A DNA stretch of 64,000 nucleotides, taken from assembly GCA_963813025.1 (NCBI GenBank), contig CAWEXO010000008.1, forward strand, positions 327,030 through 391,029, given 5' to 3'. The position numbers were made by a program, and so were the translations under genes. Position 1 is the first letter of the stretch. The number at the start of each line of letters is the position of its first letter. The notes under the pieces are model-generated. The model saw only the letters and a list, made by a program, of their open reading frames with translations, was not told the DNA's origin and did not search any database. The stretch is from an uncultured Verrucomicrobiae bacterium. Lineage in GTDB: Bacteria > Verrucomicrobiota > Verrucomicrobiia > Chthoniobacterales > JAFAMB01. Below, one piece after another: positions 9,407 through 19,905 of this stretch.

Positions 9407-9859
9407 TCAAGGTGTGGCCGTGTCTGCCGAAGCTCCCGATCGCGGATACTTCTCAAATTTTGGCAACCCAGGATCCATACGGTCCCACGGGTGCGCGTCG
9501 GATGTCCAGACATCCACTTGCGGGTTGAACCAGCTCGGATCATCCAAGCTGGCGGTCCTGATCGCGACAAGGTGAGGGACGGAATCTGACTTGGCCAGAA
9601 TCGGCGAGCCGCAGTCAGGGCAAAAGCCTCGATGGGTCTGGCCACCATTCTGGCTGAGTGAGGCATGGAACCGGAGCGAGCCTTGCAAGAGCTTGAAAGC
9701 TTCCCTCGGCACGATGACAAAAGACGAAAACGGGCCTCCACTGGATTGCTGGCAATCTCGACAGTGACAGTGAAGCATGATAGCCGGTTCTGATGTGGAT
9801 TCGTAGCGAATCGCGCCGCAAGCGCATCCGCCTGAGAAAGGTGTGGTAATGGTGGTCAT
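9407..9859 (-). CDS. GFA/CENP-V family protein
   Basis: GGCACGAIRY, CHCRDCQ, FCPDCGSP. Confidence 0.92.
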   Translation of the reverse strand: MTTITTPFSGGCACGAIRYESTSEPAIMLHCHCRDCQQSSGGPFSSFVIVPREAFKLLQGSLRFHASLSQNGGQTHRGFCPDCGSPILAKSDSVPHLVAIRTASLDDPSWFNPQVDVWTSDAHPWDRMDPGLPKFEKYPRSGASADTATP

Positions 9860-10023
9860 GCTGATTTTTGGTGATCAGATAGATTAGTATCGGGCATTAA
9901 ACGGTGGGAGTGACAAGTGTGGCGGGATTCAGACGACCTCGCCAATCACGGCCGCGGCGCGTCAGCTTGAATTTGGCGTTGTCTTAAGATTTGTCTGAAG
10001 TTACCGCTTCGCCTCAGAAACTC

Positions 10024-10785
10024 GAGATATTGTCAAAAGTTGTGCATCGGAGAGAGGGCGCATCCTTTGAAATGACTAGAAATGATAAGTTAAGCGGCTT
10101 GTTGGGTTGGTTCGTCACCATCGACGAATAAGACGCCGGCGATGAGCTTCGGGATCAGCTCGAAGCCTTGGAGCCGGCGCCAATGTTTTTGGGCCTTCAG
10201 GGCGAGTTTAAAGACCATGGTCAAGGTTGCGATTCGTGAACCGGAGCCTTTGGTACGATGGGTTCGTAGCCGGACGGTAGCGAAGGTCGCTTCGATGGGG
10301 TTGGTGGTCCGCAGATGCGGCCAATGTTGCGCGGGAAAAGCGTAAAAGGTAAACAGAACCTTTTGTCTTTCTCCAGGCACTCGCAGGCCTTCGGAAATTT
10401 GATTTGGTAACTGTCGATGAACTGCGCGTAAGCTGCCAGAGCCGCTTTGCGGGTCGGGGCCAGGTACATTTCATGGATTAATTGCTTCGTTTTCCCTGCA
10501 AGCTCTTGGGCATTTTATCCAGGACGTTGGCTGTCTTATGCACCCAGCAGCGTTGCTGGGCAGCGGCGCCATATTCTTCCTGCAAGGCAATCCAAAAACC
10601 GAGCGAACCGTCGCCGATCGCCAGTTTCGGCGCGGTAGAAAGTCCCAGACATTTGAGTTGCCCAAGCAGTTCACGCCACGATTGGGCGCTTTCGCGGTAA
10701 CCGTCGACAACCGCTATAAGTTCCTTGGTGCCATCCTCAGTGGCTCCGATCAAGACCAGCACACAGGTTCGCTCTTCGTCGAGAC
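10024..10785 (-). mobile_element. IS256-family remnant (3' part, frameshifted)
   Basis: LVLIGATEDGTKEL, QQRCWVHK and LRTTNPIE spread over several frames; terminal sequence shared with 1296. Confidence 0.88.
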
Positions 10786-10799
10786 GGACAGGTTTGCAT

Positions 10800-11250
10800 G
10801 ATTACATGGGACTGCGGTCCGTAGTCCGGCCGCATATCATTGCCTGGCGCAAGGACATGGAAAGACGGGGTTTGGTACCGGCCACGATCCGGCGCAAGCT
10901 CTCTGCATTGTCCTCGCTTTTCGCGAACGCAATGCTGTCACCGGCAACCCGGTGGACGGGGTGAAACGGCCCATGGCCAACGGCAACGAAGGCAGCACGC
11001 CGGCGCTGGGCGACGCGCAGGCGCGCAAACTGCTGGAAGCCCCGACCGCCGACACACTCAAGGGCGTACGCGACCAGCCATCCCGGCGACATTATTGTAT
11101 CACGGGATTCGGCGTGAAGAACTCTGTGACTTAAGAGTGAAAGACCTGGTTCAGGAGTAGCTTGGGCATGCTAACGTATCGACAACGCGGCTCTATGACC
11201 CGCGCAAGAGTAAGCCGGAAGACAGTCCGAGCTTTCCGGTGAAATATTAA
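10800..11250 (+). pseudogene. Tyrosine recombinase remnant with an internal deletion and a stop
   Basis: ATIRRKLSALSSLF, NPVDGVKRP, LLYHGIRREEL..RVKDL fused to VQE*LGHANVSTTRLYD. Confidence 0.82.
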
Positions 11251-11326
11251 GGAGGAGCCCCCCACCCTGTAGGCTTACGACTGTCTGTCGGCTGAGAGTG
11301 GCCGTAACCCGCGTGCCGGAGTCGAT

Positions 11327-11592
11327 AACTACTATCGGCTCGGGCACCCCAGAGTCAGCTATGCAAGGTCAATCACTATGTCCGGCGTCGCTTCCATCGT
11401 GATCTGCGCCGCCGGAGTCAACGCCCATGGAAAGCTCCCGACGACTTTACCGTCTATCAGTACTTCCACCAATTAGGACTGATCTACTTGTGAATGCTCC
11501 GTGCAATAGGCTCTCGCGAAAGCTGTATGCGGGAAATCCGCACGTACGGTTTGATGAGAAAGAGAACTCCTCACGGACCCTCTCTACTCTAC
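11327..11592 (+). mobile_element. Group II intron 3' remnant (maturase C-terminus plus domains V and VI)
   Basis: NYYRLGHPR..VNHYVRRR..LRRRSQRPWK..LGLIYL*, then AAGCTGTATGCGGGAAATCCGCACGTACGGTTTGATG (domain V) and a ..CTCTCTACTCTAC end. Confidence 0.85.
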
Positions 11593-11648
11593 TGAGAGAT
11601 TCTTTGATTTTCCTGGAGCCGAGGGCGCCATCGATCGCCCAATCTGAA

Positions 11649-12284
11649 CTAGAACAACGTCTCCGTCGCACTATGGGCGCGCTCCCTAATTTCATCGTCT
11701 GTCGGCGGTTCGCGCAGGCGCATCAATAGCCGGATTAGTAAATCGTCCCAGAGGATAGCAAAGTAACGTGTTGCCAAGTGAGCGGGCTTCCCGGCGACGA
11801 TTAGATTCTTCGCTTGAGCCTTGGTCAACAACTTGGTTAGAGCCTTGCGGGCAGCTTCGCGGCCGTTACGGTCAAGGAGACGGGCAATTTCGGGAGCGCG
11901 GTCAGATTCGGCAATGGTGAGCCGGTAAACGGTCAAGACTTCGGGCTGGCATACGCCTTTCAAGATAGAGACTCCTATTTCGACCAGCGTCGCCGCCAAT
12001 GCCTCGCGGTTCTTTGGCGCCTGGTCGGCCTCATCCAGTGGGCCGCGCAACCGCTGAGCGCGTTCTTTGATGCAGCCGGCCAACACCGCTTGCTTGTTCC
12101 TGAACAAGGCATAGAGATCGCGCTTCGATACTTGGGCCCGGGTGGCGATCTCCAGCATACTAACGCCCGAAAAGCCGTGTTCGCAGAACAAAGTAAAGGC
12201 TGCTTCGAGCACGCGTTCACGAGTTGATTCGTTCTGGCGTTTGGGGTGGCTGGAATCCGATTTTTCCGCGGTCTTAGGCTTCAT
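11649..12284 (-). CDS. TetR/AcrR family transcriptional regulator
   Basis: RERVLEAAFTLFCEHGFSGVSMLEIATRAQVSKRDLYALFRNK. Confidence 0.93.
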   Translation of the reverse strand: MKPKTAEKSDSSHPKRQNESTRERVLEAAFTLFCEHGFSGVSMLEIATRAQVSKRDLYALFRNKQAVLAGCIKERAQRLRGPLDEADQAPKNREALAATLVEIGVSILKGVCQPEVLTVYRLTIAESDRAPEIARLLDRNGREAARKALTKLLTKAQAKNLIVAGKPAHLATRYFAILWDDLLIRLLMRLREPPTDDEIRERAHSATETLF

Positions 12285-12305
12285 AACAAAAAACTGCTTG
12301 CATTA

Positions 12306-12354
12306 GGTACGATATCGTACCATGTAATGGCTAGTAAAGGTACTGTGTCGTACC
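12306..12354. promoter_or_regulatory. Two putative TetR operator palindromes
   Basis: Perfect GGTACGATATCGTACC (12306-12321) and near-copy GGTACTGTGTCGTACC (12339-12354) in the divergent spacer. Confidence 0.7.
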
Positions 12355-12430
12355 AATGTCACTATAAATCATACCTGCCAACTATGCTAACTAAGAACTT
12401 GTCTATTTGGCTCTCGAAAGGAGCTATCCC

Positions 12431-14216
12431 ATGACTCTCATCGTCTTCCAGGTAATCACTCAAACCATCTCTTCTACCTTGCACTGGTTAGGGCTCTGTT
12501 TCGGCATCAGGACCTGGGCCGGCCCGAACCCGCGCCGATGGCCATGGCTCGTCGGTACCACCATCGTGTCGGCGGCTTGGCTCCTCGCGATCATGTTGCT
12601 CGCTGCCAACAATTTTTTCGGTAATGACGGCCTACCGCCCCGGATTCCCATGGCCATGATATTAACGCTGGCTTTTGGGTACCTTCTTCTGCTTTCGACC
12701 TCATTTCGCGGCATCATCGCAGCCATTCCCCAGCATTGGTTGATCGGGATCCAGACCTTCCGCGTTCTCGGCGGCGTATTCATCGTGCGGTATCTTCAGG
12801 GCGAAATGCCAGGGTTCTTTGCGATACCGGCCGGGGTTGGTGACGTCTTGACCGGAATCTTTGCACCTCTCGTCGCTTACTGGTTGTATTCCGGAAAAAG
12901 TTACGCACGCGGCGCTGCCATCGCCTGGAACCTGTTCGGTATGGCCGATCTAGTGCATTTAGCATTGACTTCTGATATGATGATCTGATAGCAAAAAGGA
13001 GTGTTAAAACGATTGGTTCTTTCTCCGCCAGAACGTCGACGACTTAGGCAGCGGGTCTGATCTCGTAGCGGGCGAGCAGAGGAGGTGCAGCGAGCCAAGA
13101 TTGTCCTCTTGATTGCTAGCGGCAGATCGCAATGGGCGGTAAGTCGGCAACTGGGATGCAGCATCAACACCGTGCGACTTTGGCTGAAGCGCTTTATGGA
13201 GGAACGTTTGGCAGGTCTTTTCAGTCGTCATCGTGGCAAGGTAGCCAGCCAACAGAGCGCCAAGCTCGAAGCTCAGATTTTGGCCGCGGCCCGACATAAA
13301 CCCACGGATGGCTCGACGCACTGGAGTACTCGGAAGTTGGCGGCCGAACTTGGCACCAACCATACCCGAGTCGCCCGTGTTCTGGCCAAAGCCGGACTGC
13401 AGCCGCACCGCCTGCGCCGCTACATGGCCAGCGACGACCCGGATTTTGAAACCAAGGCTGCTGATATCATTGGTTTGTATCTGAAGCCTCCGGTCAATGC
13501 CGCAGTTTTCTGCGTCGACGAAAAGAGCGCCATCCAAGCGCTGGACCGGCTCGATCCAGTGTTGCCGCTCTCGCCCGGAAGAGCCGAGCGGCACGGTTTT
13601 GAGTACTACCGTCACGGCACGCTTTCGCTCTACGCAGCGCTCAACACCAAAACCGGCCAGGTGCTGGGCCAAACTGTGCCTCGTCACACCAGTGCCGAGT
13701 TTGTTGCTTTTCTTGAACAGATCGTCTCCAGCTTTCCCGAGGGCCAGCAGATCCACATTATCGCAGATAATCTCTCGGCACATCGCACCTCCAGAGTCTG
13801 GCATTTTATCGATCGTCATCGCCACGTGCGGATCCATTTTACACCGACCTATTCTTCATGGCTTAACCAAGTCGAGATCTGGTTTTCCAAGATCCAACGC
13901 GACGTCATCGCCCGCGGAATTTCCGTTCGGTAAAGATTGGTAAAAAATATGACTATATCGAGCTATAAATGAAGGAAATTTAAGTGGATACATAGCAAGG
14001 TGTATAATGTATAGGTTAAAGACGCTAGTTGATGCAGTGACGATCGGCGTGACTACTGGAGGACCCGGCCTCATATTCCCCTTGGTGTTAATACCGATCT
14101 ACGCAGTGCCACGCGCGTTTCTTATCCACTCCTATTCGCTCATTGGGCTTCTCCGGAAAACGTCTCGACAGCCGCAGCCGCGAGAAGCACTCCATTACGG
14201 TGCCGACGTAGCCTAG
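12431..14216 (+). pseudogene. Integral membrane protein split by IS630
   Basis: LIGIQTFRVLG, FAIPAGVGDVLTG; removing the IS restores in-frame WNLFGMADL-VDAVTIG. Confidence 0.85.
12950..14028 (+). mobile_element. IS630-family element with a defective transposase
   Basis: CTAG at 12950 and 14025; VDEKSAIQAL, IADNLSAH, WLNQVEIWF; in-frame TGA at 13058 and a degraded 3' end. Confidence 0.88.
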
Positions 14217-14239
14217 CCAAAATAGAAACAAACATCCCA

Positions 14240-14323
14240 ATGAGCGTAATTGACACCCTTACCCAGCGTGACGAAGCCTTCGCCAGCAGTCGCTTCTCCG
14301 CAGACTTGAAGATCATGCCGTCG
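14240..14323 (+). pseudogene. N-terminal stub resembling a beta-carbonic anhydrase
   Basis: MSVIDTLTQRDEAFASSRFSADLKIMPS, truncated before the Zn-binding CxD motif. Confidence 0.4.
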
Positions 14324-14479
14324 ACCGCCCGCGCATGTTTCCGAGTTTCGCCGGGTCGCTTTTTTTGTCAGGCTGACCATTACCAATAGCATATCATAAA
14401 AGGGGTTATGTGGGGCAATCCTTAGGTTAGACTAAATCTATTTGTGAATTTGGAATTTATCTTGCGTGACTTTTTGCAT

Positions 14480-14765
14480 CGCGCAGCAGCTTGCCCACAT
14501 TCTTGGCTGCCACGACGTGGGTCGAGTTCCGTGACTCGCTCGAGGATTCAGATGCCTTCCACCACTGGTGTGCGGTATTCGCGGTATTGAGCCGGGAGCA
14601 GGTCCAGGCCAAGCCATTTACGAAGGCCACTGCCCTTATCGAGGTTTGCGCGTTTTTGATGTGGACAATGCTCCCTTTTTCTTCGGCCGCGAAGCTCTGG
14701 TTGAATGGCTTTTGGACGAAGTGCGCCCTGCCACAGAAAGTCAACCGGTCAATCATTTTTTGGCA
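14480..14765 (+). pseudogene. Fragment of a TIR-like plus STAND NTPase gene
   Basis: LPTFLAATTWVEFR..CGIRGIEPG..CPYRGLRVFDVDNAPFFFGREALVEWLL; ends before the P-loop. Confidence 0.65.
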
Positions 14766-14807
14766 TCCGAACTCCTGCACCGCCGCCGTTTTTATCAAGA
14801 GCCGGCC

Positions 14808-17017
14808 CTACTTCGTGAGCGGCTTATTCATCGACGCTTCGATCGACTGGCCTGGAGCGTAGGGGAACTGCAACGACTCGTAATACGCAAGATCGTGCGG
14901 CGGCTCGGCATGGCCGGCCGGCAACGGCTGTTTCGACAGGCTCTGGAAATAGGAAATGGAGGCGTCACGCCACCACTGGGCCTCGCGGTGCTGAACGGCC
15001 AGAAACGCCGCCACCTGACCAAAGCGCTCGGCGTCGACATAGGGCTTCATGCGCTCCCATGTCTGTTGCATCCCGGCCACCTGGGCAACGCCGAGATCAT
15101 AGTGCTCGACCAGCGAATCCCAGAGCGTTTCGCCGGAGGAAACAGGATAATCCCAGGGCTCATGATGGAACCAGAGCAGGTACTTCTCGTCGAGCGCGTG
15201 CGGATCGCCGAACTGGGCCTGCACCTCCGGGGCGTATTGGGCAATCGCGTCGGTTCCAGTGGCGGTGCGGTCGAAGCCAATGCCGTTTGCATCGGCCTTG
15301 CTGTAATACACGGGGTTCCATTCCGGCCGCTTGAGATTGGCGACCCACGGACCTGGTCCGTAATGGTGACCGGTTGCCATCTGATGATGCAGCCCGAGCG
15401 GCGTCATGTAGTTCACCACCGCCTCGCGCGAGATCATCATCATGTCTACCACCGGCTTCACAAAAGCCGGGTCAGGCGTGAAGGTCTGCGCTGCCCATTC
15501 CGCGGCGATCGCGCGCTCATCCGCCTGGGGGTCCCAGGCGAGCCGGCCCATGGCGTACCAGTTGGCCTGGTTAAAGATACCATTGGTCCAGTCACGATCC
15601 GCGCCAATGTTAGAAACGCCGGCCATGCCGGTGAGCTTTTGCGGCCAGACCTTGCCTTCGATCACGCGGGCGACGGTTGATCCCTTGCCGCGAGCATAGG
15701 TGTCCGCGTCGAGCACCTCCTGCCAGAGCGCACCGAGATAGACGAGGTGCGTCGCCTGACCAAGGTATTCCTTGGTAATTTGCACCTCGAGCGTCAGCGG
15801 GGTCTTTTGCATCGCGCCGAACAATGGCGAGAACGCCTCGCGAGGCTGGAAATCGATCGGCCCGTTCTTTACCCAGATGGTAACGTTGTCGTGGAACTGT
15901 CCGTCGAGCGGCTTGAATTCATTGAGCGCCTGGGCGGCGCGATCGACCTTGCTCTGGTCCGAATAGACGAACGCACGCCACATCACGATGCCGCCATGCG
16001 GGGCCAATGCATCCGCCAGCATGTTGGCGCCGTCGGCGTGGCTGCGGCCGTAGTCACCCGGCCCCGGCTGTCCCTCGGCACTCGCCTTAACGAGGAAACC
16101 GCCGAAGTCGGGGATGAGCGCGTAGATCTCGTCCGCCTTGTCCTTCCACCACTGCTGCACCTGCGGATCAAGCGGATCCGCGGTCTTCAGGCCGCTCAGC
16201 ACGATCGGCGTGGCGAAGTTGACGGACAGATAGACTTTAATGCCATAGGGCCGAAACACCTCCGCCAGCTTGGCCGCCTTCACCAGAAACTCATGACGGA
16301 GAATGTTCGGAGTCGCGTTGACGTTATTGAGGACCGTTCCGTTGATCCCGATCGAGGCATTGGCGCGCGCATAGTCGCGGTAGAGCGGCTTGACGTAGTC
16401 GGGCAGCGTCCACCAGTCCCAGATCGACGATCCCGCATAACCGCGCTCCACAGAGTCTGTGAGATTGTCCCAATGATCGAGAATCCGCAGGCCGAGCTTC
16501 GGGAGGAACTCACGTCGAGATCGCTCAGGCTCTCGCCAGTTTGGATGCGTCGCAGGAATGCATAGGTTCCGTAGAGTACGCCGAGGTCGTTCTGGGCGGC
16601 AATCACGGTTGCACGGTGGCCGTTCACCTGCACACTGCGAATGAGATAGCCATCCGTGCCAAGAGTGTCGAGCGGCAGGCCCAAGGTCGCAATCAGCGGC
16701 AGCGACGTCGGCGTGCCGACGATGATGGCGCCGTCGCGGTCGACGGCAGAAGCGTTCGATGGGGCCGCCCCAAGCAGGCCGGAAAGACCGCGCATGAGTT
16801 CATCCTGCGCCGCATCGAGCGTCGGGCTATGGCTTCCCGTGGCGAGCGCTCCGGCTTCCCCCGCGAGCGCCGTTCTCGCCGATTCGGCGAGCGGCCTGTA
16901 GCGCAGCCAGAGATCATAGCCGTCTTCCGCGCGGGCCGGCTCCGCGGCGCAAATCGCAATGGCTGCCAACACCCCAGCTAGTCCAGCAAATCGCCACTTA
17001 TGCGTACACGTATTCAT
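14808..17017 (-). CDS. aguA: Alpha-glucuronidase GH67 with signal peptide and one frameshift near 16500
   Basis: AEDGYDLWLRY, ERGYAGSSIW, YARANASIGINGTVLNNVNA, KNGPIDFQPRE, EVQITKEYLGQ. Confidence 0.9.
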
Positions 17018-17275
17018 AGTGATATATATATCCATCTTATTTTTGGTTTGTCTGAAACAGAAAATCCCGATGTAATAAATGCTGATCGCCACGCGACACA
17101 GTATGCGCGCAGCTGGGCCTCTATGCCGGAGGTTGCATTTGTAGCAGCGAGCGACGTCAATGCTGCTTCACGACGACCGCAATTCGAAGGGCACCACTCA
17201 TGGGCGAGAAAAGTTGGCTTTGATCAGGGTTTTTATACATAATATTTGATAGTCAAGCCAGGGCGGACGACCAGC

Positions 17276-17626
17276 CTAGCGATGAATCGGTACCTTCCGA
17301 TGCCAGTTGCTCAAGATGCGCCCATCGGTGTGGGGCTGCTTTGCCCATCGGATAGCGTTGGCAATGACGCGATGGACATGGGCGTGGTGGTAGATCGGAA
17401 AGGTTTCGTGTCCAGGTCCAAAGAAGAAAATGCGGCCACGACCACGCTGGAACGTGCAGCCGCTACGGAATACCTCTCCTCCTTTGAACCATGACAAAAA
17501 AATCAGCTCCTCGGACGCGGGGAATATCAAAAGGTTCCCCGTACATTTCCGATTGCGGCACTTCGAAATAGGGAGGCAAGCCTTCTGCAATCGGGTGAGA
17601 TGGGGTGGATCACCCAGACTCGCTCC
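17276..17626 (-). pseudogene. ThuA-like protein, C-terminal fragment truncated by IS256
   Basis: ERVWVI..HPIAEGLP..EMYGEPFDI..SWFKGGEVFRSG..GPGHETFPIYH. Confidence 0.82.
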
Positions 17627-17627
17627 A

Positions 17628-18480
17628 ATACCTTTGGGATCAGTTCGAAGCCCTGGAGCCGGCGCCAATGCTTTTGGGCTTCCAGGCCGAGTTTAAAGAC
17701 CATGGTCAGTGTCGCGATTCGTGAACCGGAACCCTTGGTTCGATGAGTTCGCAGCCGAACGGTAGCGAAGGTGGATTCGATGGGGTTGGTGGTCCGTAAA
17801 TGCGGCCAATGTTGGGCCGGGAAGTCGTAAAAGGTAAACAGGACTTCTTGATCTTTCTGCAGGCACTCGCAGGCTTGAGGGAATTTAGCCCGGTAACTGG
17901 AGATGAACTGATCATAGGCGGCCAGAGCTGCTTTGCGGGTCGGCGCCAGGTACATTTCATGGATCAGTTGCTTGGCCTTGCCCTGAACGCTCCTGGGCAT
18001 TTTATCCAGGATATTAGCCGTCTTATGTACCCAGCAGCGCCTCGGTAGCTCCGATCAAAACCAGCACGCAGGTTTCGCTGAAATCTCCAGTCGAGATCCC
18101 TTTCAGGTAAAGGGCTGGAATCAGTGCATCAACGCTCTCGAGCCCGACGCATGTACTTGGGCAGAATCGCACTGGAAAATCGACCCCTGTCACGATGCCG
18201 GACCCGCGGCTGACGAACCCGGATCGGACCGACTCACTAACCACTTCCCGCTCCGGCAGGTGTCCATTGCGTACCACCAACCGCTGTCCATTCTCATCCC
18301 GTCGATCCTTGTGGAATTGGATATAGTCGATCACCTCATTCTCGATTGCCGCCTGTAACAGCTTCCTGGCTCCTTCTTGCAGCAACTGCTCCAGGAACGG
18401 CTTTTCTTGATCTTTTACTCGCTCATCAAGCGAGACCACTTTATTCTCTGGCACTGGTGTATCCTGATACGGCTTCCATG
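17628..18480 (-). mobile_element. IS256-family remnant with deletions and frameshifts
   Basis: EGARKLLQAAIENEV, RNGHLPER, LYLKGISTGDF, LRTTNPIESTF. Confidence 0.88.
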
Positions 18481-18572
18481 CTGAGAATGGATTGTTCCAG
18501 GGGTTCAGAAACCCCGGTGACCTCCCTTCGGAACAAAAGCAAAAGGCGTCCGCGATACGCGACACATGCGGG

Positions 18573-19394
18573 CTACCGGATTGTCACTAAGGTACCGATC
18601 GGAGTTTCGAAAAACAGGTTTCGGGCCACTTCTTCCTTGCCGACTCGAATGCAACCATGACTAGCCGGCCGGCCGGGATTGAACCCCTGATGAATGCCGT
18701 ATTCACTAAAAGAAAGTCTCAAGAAATAGGGCATAGCGACCTTGTAGAGAGAAGACATCCTTTTGCGTTCTTTGTCAGTGACTAAGTAATTTCCCGGAGG
18801 CGTATCGAAGCCTTTCCGTCCCGTCGATATTCGACCCTGCACGACGGGGGAACCATCCTTTAAGAGAACAACTTTTTGTCGGGCAAGTTCGACCTCAATC
18901 GCAAAGTGCTCTGCCCGAGGGTCGCTGTTAAAAAGTTTTTGGGCGAGCTCAGGATAACCGAGCCGGGCGGCGTATTGGGCGGCTACCCACCCCCAGCTCG
19001 AAGGTGCGAAACGGGCCGCTCCGTGCTGAAGCAACAATTCACAAGCACTTTGATGTCCTAAGCTGGCCGAGAGAATGAGGGGTGTTGCTCTGGTTTCTTC
19101 CGCGAAAAAGTGAGCCAGTACCGGCTTGAGTTCGTGCAGCACCTCGAGTCGGGCGGCGGACATTTCGATGAGCCCATCCGGATTGGCCCCGCTATTCAAA
19201 CTATAGCGAAGCTGATCCAGATCATTGGTTAAAACCGCTTGAGCCAGCTCGTCTTGTCGCAGATCAACCGCTTTCCCGGCAACCTGCTGACAGATGCTGT
19301 TTAGTAGATAGAGAACGAGGATGAAGGCTGACCCCACAGTCTTCTGACTACAGTCTAACTCTGCGAGCTTAACGGTGAAGCAACCGACCTCCAA
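18573..19394 (-). CDS. Ankyrin-repeat L,D-transpeptidase (YkuD) family protein
   Basis: TPLILSASLGH..ELLLQHGA ankyrin; ISTGRKGFDTPPG, IHQG..ASHGCIRV catalytic motif; start uncertain. Confidence 0.85.
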   Translation of the reverse strand: MEVGCFTVKLAELDCSQKTVGSAFILVLYLLNSICQQVAGKAVDLRQDELAQAVLTNDLDQLRYSLNSGANPDGLIEMSAARLEVLHELKPVLAHFFAEETRATPLILSASLGHQSACELLLQHGAARFAPSSWGWVAAQYAARLGYPELAQKLFNSDPRAEHFAIEVELARQKVVLLKDGSPVVQGRISTGRKGFDTPPGNYLVTDKERKRMSSLYKVAMPYFLRLSFSEYGIHQGFNPGRPASHGCIRVGKEEVARNLFFETPIGTLVTIR

Positions 19395-19490
19395 GTGTTT
19401 TTTCCAGAGGCCTCAACCTAAATACTAAGATGTCGCTTGGTGAGAAGCTCACCGGTCGCAAAGCGTGGCGGTCCTGAGAAGGAACGAAAA

Positions 19491-19821
19491 TCAGCCGGCG
19501 CGCTGCTGCTTGCGGTTACGCTCTAGTTGAATGTTCAAGCGAACTTGCTCCTCTTGCAGACGCCGCTTCAACTCAGTTTGGCGGCTCGCTTCGGTAGACT
19601 CGGCTATTTGCGCCGTTAAGCGACCGATGCCGTTCAGTAGTTCGATTTTCTTCAGGCACGAAACCGGCGTTTTTGAGCATGCTTTGGCCCACTCGCCGGT
19701 CCGGCGGAGCGCGAAAATAATCATCCAGATCTAAGGGCTTGCCTTTTCCTGGCAGAATTTCCTTCCCGGCTTCGGGCCGAGCGACCCAATCACCGATTAT
19801 TTTCTCGATCCATAACGACAT
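19491..19821 (-). CDS. DUF1992 (YhdN-like) protein, frameshift near 19650
   Basis: LPGKGKPLDLDDYF..MLKNAGFVPE continuing as IELLNGI in another frame. Confidence 0.75.
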
Positions 19822-19905
19822 GCTTTGACAGAGAGACTCAGATGAGTTCGGGAAAGATCAAGGACGTTCGACCCACTTTCTCTTTTTCAAATCCTGGCGT
19901 ACCGA

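Noticed and set aside
14324..14479. AT-rich stretch as an IS end
   Set aside because: No partner inverted repeat or transposase found in the window
14568..16565. Long plus-strand ORFs (370 aa, 272 aa)
   Set aside because: Mostly antisense shadows of the GC-rich GH67 gene; only the first ~65 aa of the 370-aa ORF belong to the STAND fragment
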